From positions 1-54,497 of IMG/VR virus record IMGVR_UViG_3300046171_000026: DNA of 54,497 bases; one strand, given 5' to 3'. Of this stretch, positions 1-8,685 are shown one piece after another. Made by a program: the position numbers and the translations under genes. This DNA is from a virus (Duplodnaviria > Caudoviricetes). Numbering within the stretch: the stretch's first letter is position 1; every line of letters starts with the position of its first letter. The notes below the pieces were generated by a model that was not told where the DNA came from, made no database searches, and saw only the letters and a list, made by a program, of their open reading frames with translations.

Positions 1-146
1 CAAAAATTCAAGGGCTATCCTCAGTAAAACCCCGAGAACCACCCCCAAAAAACACTTAAAAAAATTACAAGGAATAAATCAAGGTACACACTAGGGAAAT
101 AAACTAGGGGATATGCGAGTGACCACCCCCATACCTACCTATATAC
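1..146. repeat. Direct terminal repeat, left copy
   Basis: 1-146 matches 54352-54497 at 144/146 nt (CC at 45-46 vs AG at 54396-54397). Confidence 0.93.
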
Positions 147-315
147 ATATAGGATTATGCTAAAATACCCAGTTTCCCTGTAAACCACCTAGTGGCTACA
201 TTTATGCACTTAATATTCTGTAAATCTCTTGGCAATATGCTTGGGTATTCCCTAGGGGGTATGTATAAATAGGTATATATTATATATAAAACCCCCCCGT
301 AGTATCTTCAATACT

Positions 316-344
316 ATTATACACCTCCTTTTTACTTTTGTCAA
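316..344 (-). promoter_or_regulatory. sigma70-type promoter pointing left toward the terminal repeat
   Basis: Reverse strand reads TTGACA-17 nt-TATAAT, a perfect consensus. Confidence 0.8.
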
Positions 345-396
345 TGCTGATATGTTACAAAAGTGTCGCAGATTACAAATAATCTTAAATTAATAC

Positions 397-425
397 TTGA
401 CAAAAGTCAATATCGTGTGTATACT
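397..425 (+). promoter_or_regulatory. sigma70-type promoter for the packaging/structural arm
   Basis: TTGACA(397-402)-17 nt-TATACT(420-425), with TGTG just upstream of the -10. Confidence 0.8.
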
Positions 426-561
426 AGAATCAGGTACACTTTAAACGGGCACACAAACACAATCGCATGCATACATGCACAACGGGTCATCACTAAACTG
501 TACCAATTTTATCGGGAACACCTAGGATTCCCATAAAGTTTAACAATTAAAGGATATAATT

Positions 562-1111
562 ATGGCATATATGTATTATGGTAAAAAGTATGATACCAAA
601 GCTGAACTAAAAGCTGCACAAAAAAAAGCAGTATAGTCAGGGAAGTGGAAAAAAGAAAGGATCATTCTTTGAAAAATTCTATAGAAGGAGTCAAATCTAA
701 AGAAGCTAGAGCTGAAAAAGCTAGATAGCTCAGGAAAAGCTAATAGAGCTGCAACTAAAAAAATGTACGCTGCAGAAAGCTATGTTTAAGACTGCAAAAG
801 CTAGAGATGAGCAAAGTTAAACCAGGAAAGGATAGATCTTTCAAATGCTAATTGATGCTGCTACAAAAGCAGGTAAAGTAGATTTTACTTATGAGGAAAG
901 ATCTTTTACTACTAAAGGTGCTGAAGATAAAGAGATAAGATGAAAACTAGAATTGCACAAAGGTACATTCAAGAAGAAATCAAATCTAGACGCTGATACT
1001 GTTGCATCTTACAAAAAAAGAATTAAGTACATGAAAGACAGAAAAGCTAAAGGTAAAAACTTCTCTGCTAAAAACTTAAAAGAATTAGAAGCAAAATTAG
1101 CAGCAAACTAA
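562..1111 (+). CDS. Lys/Ala-rich hypothetical protein, broken by several frameshifts (probably sequence errors)
   Basis: AAGGA RBS then ATG at 562 (MAYMYYGKKYDTKAELKAAQKK...); coding-like GCT/AAA-rich sequence continues across frame changes to ...KNLKELEAKLAAN* at 1111. Confidence 0.55.
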
Positions 1112-1116
1112 AAACA

Positions 1117-1290
1117 ATGTTAACCAAGAAAGCTTTGGATCTTCCATTTAAGGAAATCATGGAGCTTGTAAACGCAAACAATGGATTCTACTATTCTAAA
1201 GACTCAAAACAAAAGCTTAACAGATACTCAGGAGAAGTTTCTAGACGCTTTGTTCGGAGAAGCACAAGGAAACCCAAAGCGAGCAGGTGA
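1117..1290 (+). CDS. Small hypothetical protein (57 aa) overlapping terS
   Basis: ATG 6 nt after the upstream stop: MLTKKALDLPFKEIMELVNANNGFYYSK... Confidence 0.35.
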   Translation: MLTKKALDLPFKEIMELVNANNGFYYSKDSKQKLNRYSGEVSRRFVRRSTRKPKASR

Positions 1291-1603
1291 GCTTGCAGGT
1301 TACTCAGAACATTCATATCCTAAAGTTCTACGTAATCTTAAAGACGAGATTGTTAAACGAGCAGAAAACTATTTAGCCATACATTCTGCAAAGGCTGCAA
1401 CTAAAATGGTAAACATGCTAGAAGAGGATGGAACAACACCTCATGCTAGTATCAGAATGGAAGCAGCAAAACAAATATTAGATCGTATTGGTATTGTAAA
1501 GAAAGATCAAGTAGATATTAATATGAATCTAAAACATGGTATGTTTATATTACCAGCAAAAGACGAAGTGGAAGAATCAATTGTTACTCCAGTCCAAGAT
1601 TAA
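1181..1603 (+). CDS. terS: Terminase small subunit (putative)
   Basis: N-terminal HTH-like LTDTQEKFLD...A.ELAGYS pattern; lies upstream of terL. Confidence 0.7.
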   Translation: MDSTILKTQNKSLTDTQEKFLDALFGEAQGNPKRAGELAGYSEHSYPKVLRNLKDEIVKRAENYLAIHSAKAATKMVNMLEEDGTTPHASIRMEAAKQILDRIGIVKKDQVDINMNLKHGMFILPAKDEVEESIVTPVQD

Positions 1604-1862
1604 ACGAAAAGCTAGAACTATTCCTTTTGGATACAAACTAGCAGAAGACACAGATTATATTGAACCAATAGAATCTGAATTAGAAGCTTTAGAAGAAGCA
1701 AAGAAATTTTTAAAAACATGTTCATACCGAGAGGTAGCTATTTGGCTAACAAGAAAAACAGGAAGGTACATATCATATGTCGGACTTAGAAAAAGAGTCG
1801 CAAGAGATACCGCTTCCAAAACCAAAGAAGAAAGTAAAAACCAAAGCCAAGCAGTCAGCTAA
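1536..1862 (+). CDS. Small DNA-binding/HTH-like protein (true start probably downstream, e.g. TTG at 1581)
   Basis: IPFGY motif followed by helix-turn-helix-like SYREVAIWL...ISYVGLRKR. Confidence 0.55.
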   Translation: MVCLYYQQKTKWKNQLLLQSKIKRKARTIPFGYKLAEDTDYIEPIESELEALEEAKKFLKTCSYREVAIWLTRKTGRYISYVGLRKRVARDTASKTKEESKNQSQAVS

Positions 1863-3411
1863 ACAAGCTTTAGCTAGAACACGTAAAAAAGTTGCAAAGG
1901 CAGAACAATCTCTACGTTCAGCCAAGGCTCATGCAAAAAATGTCAAGGATAAATTGTTAACCATTGACAAAGTATTGGATGGTAAAGAACAGCAACTTAT
2001 AACCCAAGACGTAATAGAAGATGTTCCAGAAAATATTCAAGAACATCTAGCTGCACAGAATATAATCTTTAAACCTAATGAAGGTCCACAAAGAGATTTC
2101 CTAGCAGCCTCAGAACGAGAAGTGTTTTACGGTGGAGCAAGAGGTGGTGGTAAATCATATGCCATGTTAATAGATCCTCTACGATACTGTCATAAAGAAC
2201 ATCATCGTTGTCTATTACTCAGAAGAACAATGCCTGAGTTAAGAGATTTGATTAATCATTCTCAAAGATTATACTCAAGAGCATTTCCAGGAGCAAAATG
2301 GAGAGAGCAAGAAAAAGAGTGGAGATTCCCGTCAGGAGCAAAGATAGAGTTCGGGTACGCAGAGAACATGACAGATGTTTTACGTTACCAAGGGCAATCA
2401 TACACATGGATAGGAATAGACGAACTTCCACAATATCCTTCGCCAGATATATATAATTTTCTAAGATCGTCACTTAGATCAGTTGATCCAAGTATACCAG
2501 TATACATGAGGGCTACAGGTAACCCAGGTAACGTTGGATCACAGTGGGTTAAAGAAATGTTTGTAGATCCTATAGATCCAAACACAGCTTTTAACATAGA
2601 GATTTCTACACCCTCAGGTATAAAATATATAACAAGAAGATTTATACCAGCTAAGTTACAAGATAATCCGTACCTTATGCAGACTGATGATTACTATGCA
2701 ATGTTATCATCACTACCAGAAGTACAAAGAAAACAATTTTTAAATGGAGACTGGGATGCATTTTCTAATGCAGCATTCTCAGAATTTGACAGAGATGTAC
2801 ATGTTGTCGAACCTTTTGAGATACCTAGAGGCTGGCAGAGATTTCGTGCTGCTGACTGGGGTTATTCTTCTCCTGCTTGTTGCTTATGGTTTGCTATTGA
2901 CTACGATAATAATCTATGGGTTTATAGAGAACTGTATACTCAAAAGATTACGGCAGATGTATTCGCAAGAAAAGTCATAGACCTAGAGCACGGAGAATAT
3001 ATACGTTACGGGGTCTTAGACGCTAGTACATGGGCAAGAAGAGGTGATGTGGGTCCAAGCATTGCAGAGACAATGATTCAAGCTGGATGCCGTTGGAGAC
3101 CTTCTGATAGAACTCCAAGAAGTAGAATTAGTGGAAAGTTAGAAATCCACAAAAGATTAAAGGTTGAAGATAATGAACCTGGTATTCGTATATTCTCTAG
3201 TTGTAGAAATTTACTAAGAACATTTCCTACACTACCAATAGATGATAGTAATCCAGAAGACATTAATACACACGTAGAAGATCACGCATATGATGCATTA
3301 AGATACGGATGTATGAGTAGACCAATGCATACAAGTTATGCAAACAAAGCATTTGGTAATAGTAACAGAACAACTAATTTTGTCCCCTCAGATAAAATAT
3401 TTGGATATTAA
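1777..3411 (+). CDS. terL: Terminase large subunit
   Basis: Walker A GGARGGGKS, Walker B IGIDELPQ, coupling motif ATGNPG, RNase H-like nuclease motifs AADWG and EDHAYDALRY. Confidence 0.96.
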   Translation: MSDLEKESQEIPLPKPKKKVKTKAKQSAKQALARTRKKVAKAEQSLRSAKAHAKNVKDKLLTIDKVLDGKEQQLITQDVIEDVPENIQEHLAAQNIIFKPNEGPQRDFLAASEREVFYGGARGGGKSYAMLIDPLRYCHKEHHRCLLLRRTMPELRDLINHSQRLYSRAFPGAKWREQEKEWRFPSGAKIEFGYAENMTDVLRYQGQSYTWIGIDELPQYPSPDIYNFLRSSLRSVDPSIPVYMRATGNPGNVGSQWVKEMFVDPIDPNTAFNIEISTPSGIKYITRRFIPAKLQDNPYLMQTDDYYAMLSSLPEVQRKQFLNGDWDAFSNAAFSEFDRDVHVVEPFEIPRGWQRFRAADWGYSSPACCLWFAIDYDNNLWVYRELYTQKITADVFARKVIDLEHGEYIRYGVLDASTWARRGDVGPSIAETMIQAGCRWRPSDRTPRSRISGKLEIHKRLKVEDNEPGIRIFSSCRNLLRTFPTLPIDDSNPEDINTHVEDHAYDALRYGCMSRPMHTSYANKAFGNSNRTTNFVPSDKIFGY

Positions 3412-3423
3412 CAGAGAGGATAG

Positions 3424-3714
3424 ATGAAGAAAGTAAAGTTACCTACTATAAATAAAAAGAATTTTCCCTATGACTTAGTACAAGTAATATGGGAAGATAT
3501 CGTTGGAGATGCAGGCTGGGCTGAGATTCCAGATATTAAAAATGCTAGCACAGCAATATGTTGCAGTCTAGGATACTTAGTATTTCAAGACGATAAGAAA
3601 ACTGTTATCATGTCAGATTTTATATTTGAAGATAATGGTAAAGTAAAAACAGGTGGTGGTTATACTGCCCTCCCAACAACAAACGTTTTACAAATAAAAA
3701 AAATAAAAACATAG
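3424..3714 (+). CDS. Hypothetical protein (small beta-rich, VIWEDI motif)
   Basis: ORF with GAGG RBS directly after terL. Confidence 0.75.
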   Translation: MKKVKLPTINKKNFPYDLVQVIWEDIVGDAGWAEIPDIKNASTAICCSLGYLVFQDDKKTVIMSDFIFEDNGKVKTGGGYTALPTTNVLQIKKIKT

Positions 3715-3721
3715 GAACAAT

Positions 3722-3949
3722 ATGGAAACTAAATTTGACCCCAAAGCTAAAGTTAAGCAAGGTGATCTAAGTTCAGCTCCTGATGGAAAGCAACCAAATC
3801 AACAACCAGGTAATTTAAAAATTACTTACGGTAAAGAAGAACGTGCTATGGAAACTCAGGATGGTAAGTTTGACTACTATGAACCAAAGAAATTCAGAAG
3901 TCAATTAGATGCTAACTTTAATACGTTAGCTGATGAAAAGGATTACTAA
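3722..3949 (+). CDS. Small hypothetical protein, paralogous to 4139-4333
   Basis: RBS AGGA; shares DP..KV..G motif and C-terminal A(D/E)E(K/R)DY. Confidence 0.7.
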   Translation: METKFDPKAKVKQGDLSSAPDGKQPNQQPGNLKITYGKEERAMETQDGKFDYYEPKKFRSQLDANFNTLADEKDY

Positions 3950-4137
3950 TGAGTGACTTTTTAAAAAAGAAAACATCAGATCCTAAATTTTATGGTTATA
4001 CAGGACCTGTAAAGCCAGAAAAAAAATCTAAATATATTACAAAAAAATCTGATAAAGATAATAGCTCATATGGTTATTCAGGAAAACCTAGAGAAGTAAA
4101 AAAGAAATCAAAATATATTACATACAAAGGAGACTAA
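3949..4137 (+). CDS. Small basic protein with internal duplication
   Basis: TAATG translational coupling; YGY.G....KKSKYIT occurs twice. Confidence 0.65.
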   Translation: MSDFLKKKTSDPKFYGYTGPVKPEKKSKYITKKSDKDNSSYGYSGKPREVKKKSKYITYKGD

Positions 4138-4138
4138 C

Positions 4139-4333
4139 ATGGACATAAATACAAGATATAAACATGGAGAACTTGCACCAGATGTGGCTAAAGTTAAAAA
4201 TGAAAAATTAGCTATAGACCCTAACTCAAAAGTTACTCACGGTTCAACTGCTGGAGACGGCAATGATAAGCCAGGTGCTAAATCAAAAGTTGATCCATCA
4301 ATCTTTAGAATGGCTGAAGAAAGAGACTACTAG
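4139..4333 (+). CDS. Small hypothetical protein, paralogous to 3722-3949
   Basis: RBS AGGAG; C-terminal AEERDY. Confidence 0.7.
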   Translation: MDINTRYKHGELAPDVAKVKNEKLAIDPNSKVTHGSTAGDGNDKPGAKSKVDPSIFRMAEERDY

Positions 4334-4335
4334 TC

Positions 4336-4614
4336 ATGGCACTAACTGATAAGAAGTATGCTAACGAACATCCTAAGTTTAATATGTTCGATAGGTACAA
4401 AGCAGATAAAGATTCTTTAGTAGGTGCTAGAGCTGATATATCTGGTAAAGATGTTGATGCTTCTAAGATGAGAGGATATTCTTCAGTAGATTTAGATACT
4501 GCTAGAATGATAAGTAATAATCCTACATTGACTCAAGAAGAGTTAAAGCAATTAAAAAAAGCAGCTAAAGAAAGAAAAGAAATAGAGCCAACAGGACAAT
4601 TTAAAAAGGACTAA
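4336..4614 (+). CDS. Hypothetical protein
   Basis: Tightly packed ORF in the operon before the portal. Confidence 0.7.
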   Translation: MALTDKKYANEHPKFNMFDRYKADKDSLVGARADISGKDVDASKMRGYSSVDLDTARMISNNPTLTQEELKQLKKAAKERKEIEPTGQFKKD

Positions 4615-6696
4615 ATGGATAATAACGAAAAGGATAATTACGATCCGTTTGTCGGATACGTAAGAGAGAAGTTCCAACAAGCAGAAACATCAAGACTTCA
4701 AGATGAGAAAAGATGGTTACAAGCTTATAGAAACTACAGAGGACTATATGGTCCAGAAATGGCTTTTCGTGATAGTGAGAAATCTAAAGTATTTGTTAAA
4801 GTAACAAAGACTAAAGTGCTTGCTGCATTTGGTCAGATTATAGAAGTATTATTTTCTAGTGGTAAGTTTCCAATTGGTGTAACACCTACATCAATGCCAG
4901 AAGGTGCACCAGAATATGCATACTTAGATCCAAAGAAAAAAGAACAAGGTACACAAGAACCAAAACAAGAAAGCCCATATGGTTTTCCAGGTGATGGTGG
5001 TGGTATACCTGCTGGTGCTACAGCAGAATCTTTAATGAAAGATTTAGCACAACAATATGAGAACTTAGGTTTTGAAGAAGGAGATGCTCCTGATCTAAAG
5101 ACTCAACCACAAATAGAGCCAGCTGCAATGGCAGCAGCTAAAATGCAAAAAGTAATACATGATCAGTTAGAAGAAACTGATGCTATCTCAGTTATGAGAC
5201 ATGTGTTTTTTGAAATGGCTTTACTTGGGACAGGAATTTTAAAAGGTCCATTTACAAATGTAAAAACACAATACAAGTTTTCTAGAGATGAGGAAACTGG
5301 AACATCAGCAATGATGGAGATTGGTAAAGATGTACCAGGTATTGAAGCAGTATCATGTTGGGATTTTTACCCAGATCCTAATGCAACAAGTATGAATGAT
5401 GCTGAGTATGTAATTCAAAGACATTCTTTTAACACTGAACAATTTGCAGAACTTGCAAAGAAACCATTGTTCAATTCAGAAAAGATTAGAGAATGTATTG
5501 AGATGGGACCTAATTATCAAACAAGAGGATATGAATCTTCTTTGTATGATAGAGAGAATGTAGCTTCACTATATAAAAATAGATTTGAAGTATTAGAATA
5601 TTGGGGTACAATTAGTAGACAGTTAGCAGATCAATTAGATTTTGAATATGATGATGAACTAGATGTTGTATCAGTTAACGTTTGGATATGTGGTGGTAAA
5701 GTTTTAAGAGTAGTAGAAAATCCTTTCTCACCAAAAAGAATACCTTATATGGTTTGTCCATATGAATTAAATCCATATCAATTCTTTGGTGTAGGTATAC
5801 CAGAGAATATGCAAGATTCACAACAAGTTATGAATGGTCATGCAAGAATGGCAATTGATAACTTAGCACTATCAGGTAACTTAGTATTTGACGTAGATGA
5901 AACTATGTTAGTACCAGGTCAAGATATGAAAGTATTTCCTGGTAAAATATTTAGAAGACAAAGTGGACAACCAGGAGCAGCAATTCATGGTGTTAAGTTT
6001 CCAAATACTTCTAATGAAAACTTAATGATGTTTGATAGATTTAGACAGTTAGCTGATGAAGCAACTGGTATTCCATCATACTCACATGGTACAACTGGTG
6101 TTCAGTCTACAACTAGAACTGCAGCAGGTATGTCTATGTTGATGGGAGCTGCAGCATTAAGTATTAAAACAGTTATTAAAAATATTGATGACTATTTATT
6201 AAAGCCCCTAGGTAATTCATTGTTTCATTGGAACATGCAATTCAATAGTGAAAGACCTGAGATACAAGGTGATCTAGATATTAAAGCACAAGGAACATCT
6301 TCTTTGATGCAGAAAGAAGTAAGATCACAAAGACTAATGACATTTATGCAAACAGCATCTAACCCATCGTTAGCACCGTTTGTTAAATGGCATACATGTT
6401 TAAAAGAAGTTGCTAAGTCACTAGACATTGATCCAGATCAATTAATTAATGATCCAGAGAAAGCAGCTATATACGCACACATAATGGGGATGGCAAATGG
6501 AAATCAAACGAATACAGGCAATAGTGGACAACCAGGTCCAATGGACAATATGGGAGGAGTACCTCCTGGAGCTTCGCCAACAGATCCAACAGGAAATGGA
6601 GGTGGCAACATCGGAACAGGCAATGTACCGATGCCAGGGGAAGCTGGTTTTACTACGCAAGATACTCAGCCTCAAAGAAACAATAAGACACAATAA
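4615..6696 (+). CDS. Portal (head-tail connector) protein
   Basis: 693 aa; downstream of terL; podovirus portal-like motifs (FYPDP, PY..FGVGI, N..ARM.IDN, RTA.GMSMLM). Confidence 0.9.
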   Translation: MDNNEKDNYDPFVGYVREKFQQAETSRLQDEKRWLQAYRNYRGLYGPEMAFRDSEKSKVFVKVTKTKVLAAFGQIIEVLFSSGKFPIGVTPTSMPEGAPEYAYLDPKKKEQGTQEPKQESPYGFPGDGGGIPAGATAESLMKDLAQQYENLGFEEGDAPDLKTQPQIEPAAMAAAKMQKVIHDQLEETDAISVMRHVFFEMALLGTGILKGPFTNVKTQYKFSRDEETGTSAMMEIGKDVPGIEAVSCWDFYPDPNATSMNDAEYVIQRHSFNTEQFAELAKKPLFNSEKIRECIEMGPNYQTRGYESSLYDRENVASLYKNRFEVLEYWGTISRQLADQLDFEYDDELDVVSVNVWICGGKVLRVVENPFSPKRIPYMVCPYELNPYQFFGVGIPENMQDSQQVMNGHARMAIDNLALSGNLVFDVDETMLVPGQDMKVFPGKIFRRQSGQPGAAIHGVKFPNTSNENLMMFDRFRQLADEATGIPSYSHGTTGVQSTTRTAAGMSMLMGAAALSIKTVIKNIDDYLLKPLGNSLFHWNMQFNSERPEIQGDLDIKAQGTSSLMQKEVRSQRLMTFMQTASNPSLAPFVKWHTCLKEVAKSLDIDPDQLINDPEKAAIYAHIMGMANGNQTNTGNSGQPGPMDNMGGVPPGASPTDPTGNGGGNIGTGNVPMPGEAGFTTQDTQPQRNNKTQ

Positions 6697-6706
6697 AGAA
6701 GAATAA
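6497..6706 (+). CDS. Small helical protein overprinted on the portal 3' end
   Basis: 69-aa amphipathic/coiled-coil ORF (YRCQGKL..LRKIL.L) in the +1 frame; GGGA RBS-like upstream; ends 1 nt before the next ATG. Confidence 0.65.
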   Translation: MEIKRIQAIVDNQVQWTIWEEYLLELRQQIQQEMEVATSEQAMYRCQGKLVLLRKILSLKETIRHNKEE

Positions 6707-6707
6707 T

Positions 6708-8093
6708 ATGGCACAAACATTTGATACATCAAGAGTTGGAGGTGGTACTTACGAACTAGAACAAGATGCTAGTGGTAATTACAAATTAAAATCAGTAGGA
6801 TTTGCTCAAGTAAATAAATTAAATTTACCTGATCTTGCAACTAGTGATGTTGCACCACCTACTATAGGTCCTATAACAAAACAACCAGTTGATGATCCTA
6901 AGGTAGCAGACCCTTTTAAAAAATTAGGTGCACAAAATACTGGTGGTGGAGAAGGTGGTGGTCAAGACTACAGTGGTGTTATGCTTAAGACTCCAGAAGT
7001 AAAAGATGTTTCAGTTAGAGATGCTGGAGAAATGAGAAAACAACAAATTGAAAAAGCAGGTGGTGTTGAAACAAGTAAAGGTCAAATGTATGCAACTGAT
7101 GCTGGATTTCAAATAGCAGAAGATCAAGCTAATCAACAACGTGCAGAAATGACTGATAATAATATAGGCTTTCAACAATCTCAAACTGTTGATCCTATTA
7201 CAGGTGCTGGTAGATCACAATCAGATAAATTTAAAGAAAGATTTGATCCTACAAAAATAAAAGCAGCACCAGAAAGAGTTACAGGTCTACAAAAAGTAAA
7301 ATCAAAAGCTTCAGATGCTATATCAAAAACTAAAAAAGTAATTGGTACTGTAGCAAAAATGTTAATACCAGGTGCAAATTTAATAAGTGCTATAATGCCA
7401 GAAGAAACAGCTGTACAAAAAGTAAATAAAAGTTATTTTAATGTTAGAGGTGGTAATGTTGATGGTAATAGAATAGCTGGTAATCCTGCAACAGATTTAT
7501 ATGCAGGTATGAATAGAACCTCAGATTTTGGTAATTTAGAAAAAGCTGGTAATAAAAGATTAGCTACAAGACAAAAAACAATTGAAAGAAAAGGCTATAA
7601 AGCTGGTGATAAATTTTTTGATGATACTCAAAAAATGAAAGAAGATGCTAGAGCATACAAACAAGCAAAAGAAACTGCAACAGATACAAGTCCAGGAGCA
7701 ACTGGTGGAGAAGGTGGTGGTGGAGGTGGCTCAGATAGTGGAAGAGTTATCTGCACAGATCTACATAGAACAGGGGAATTATCTACTAGAGATTGGATAA
7801 GAGATACAAAATTTACATTTAAAACATTATCTATAAAACACGTTAAAGGTTATTTACTTTGGGCAGAACCTACTGTAAAACATATACAAAAGTATCCTAG
7901 ATACAGAAAGATATGGAAACATATTGCACAACACAGAGCAAATGATATTGCATGGAGATTAAACGAAGGTAAGTTTGATTTACTAGGTAGAATATATGCA
8001 GGTATAGGTGAACCCGTATGTTGGATGTTAGGTAACTTTGTAAGTGATAAACAAATTAGTAAATATAATTTAACACATTGGAGAAGAGCATAA
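6708..8093 (+). CDS. Hypothetical protein with Gly linker and compact C-terminal RVICT domain
   Basis: 461-aa ORF; low-complexity body, poly-Gly linker, then a Trp/His-rich domain. Confidence 0.8.
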   Translation: MAQTFDTSRVGGGTYELEQDASGNYKLKSVGFAQVNKLNLPDLATSDVAPPTIGPITKQPVDDPKVADPFKKLGAQNTGGGEGGGQDYSGVMLKTPEVKDVSVRDAGEMRKQQIEKAGGVETSKGQMYATDAGFQIAEDQANQQRAEMTDNNIGFQQSQTVDPITGAGRSQSDKFKERFDPTKIKAAPERVTGLQKVKSKASDAISKTKKVIGTVAKMLIPGANLISAIMPEETAVQKVNKSYFNVRGGNVDGNRIAGNPATDLYAGMNRTSDFGNLEKAGNKRLATRQKTIERKGYKAGDKFFDDTQKMKEDARAYKQAKETATDTSPGATGGEGGGGGGSDSGRVICTDLHRTGELSTRDWIRDTKFTFKTLSIKHVKGYLLWAEPTVKHIQKYPRYRKIWKHIAQHRANDIAWRLNEGKFDLLGRIYAGIGEPVCWMLGNFVSDKQISKYNLTHWRRA

Positions 8094-8617
8094 TGGCAAT
8101 AGGACCAGATGGTAAAGTAACAACAACAGGTTTAATGGATAGTCCTGCTAAAACAGCAGAAGCACCTGATATGTCAAACTTAAAAGCACCAGCTCAACCA
8201 AAAGAAAAAACATCACCAGCAGCTATGGTAGAAAAACCAGAACCTAAAGATCCTGCTGTTATAGAAAAATTAAATGCTTTATCTGAGCAAGAAAAAGTAC
8301 AATTAGATATGGTACTAGCTCCAAGTTTAGCAACTATATTAAAAAAAATAGCACCTGATGCAAGTTCAGTAATAGATCAATTTACAAGTACAGAAGAAAA
8401 TGTTGTATTACCAGTATCAGTAGTAAAGAATTTTGCCGTTATGAAATACCCAAGTTCTAGCGAGCAGGAATCCCTACAAGGATTCGTTACAGAATTGTCT
8501 GAGTCACAATCAGATAATACAAATGTGCCACCTGAAAATATGCAGGCATCTCAAGGAATGATGGCTCCAGAGCCAGACATGACTAATACAGATGCTATAG
8601 ATCAAGATCTAGCATAA
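8093..8617 (+). CDS. Hypothetical acidic protein (head module)
   Basis: TAATG coupling to the upstream stop suggests a start at 8093 rather than 8078. Confidence 0.75.
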   Translation: MAIGPDGKVTTTGLMDSPAKTAEAPDMSNLKAPAQPKEKTSPAAMVEKPEPKDPAVIEKLNALSEQEKVQLDMVLAPSLATILKKIAPDASSVIDQFTSTEENVVLPVSVVKNFAVMKYPSSSEQESLQGFVTELSESQSDNTNVPPENMQASQGMMAPEPDMTNTDAIDQDLA

Positions 8618-8685
8618 ATTCAGCCCACAAATTATGGAAGTGAGCTACCCTTATCCATAAGGCACTCAACCTAAGAGGAAAAATA

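Noticed and set aside
562-1111. Apparent pseudogene or recoded gene with many stops
   Set aside because: The breaks look like scattered single-base indels in otherwise normal coding sequence near the contig end; other genes use the standard code with all three stops, so sequencing error is more likely than recoding or decay
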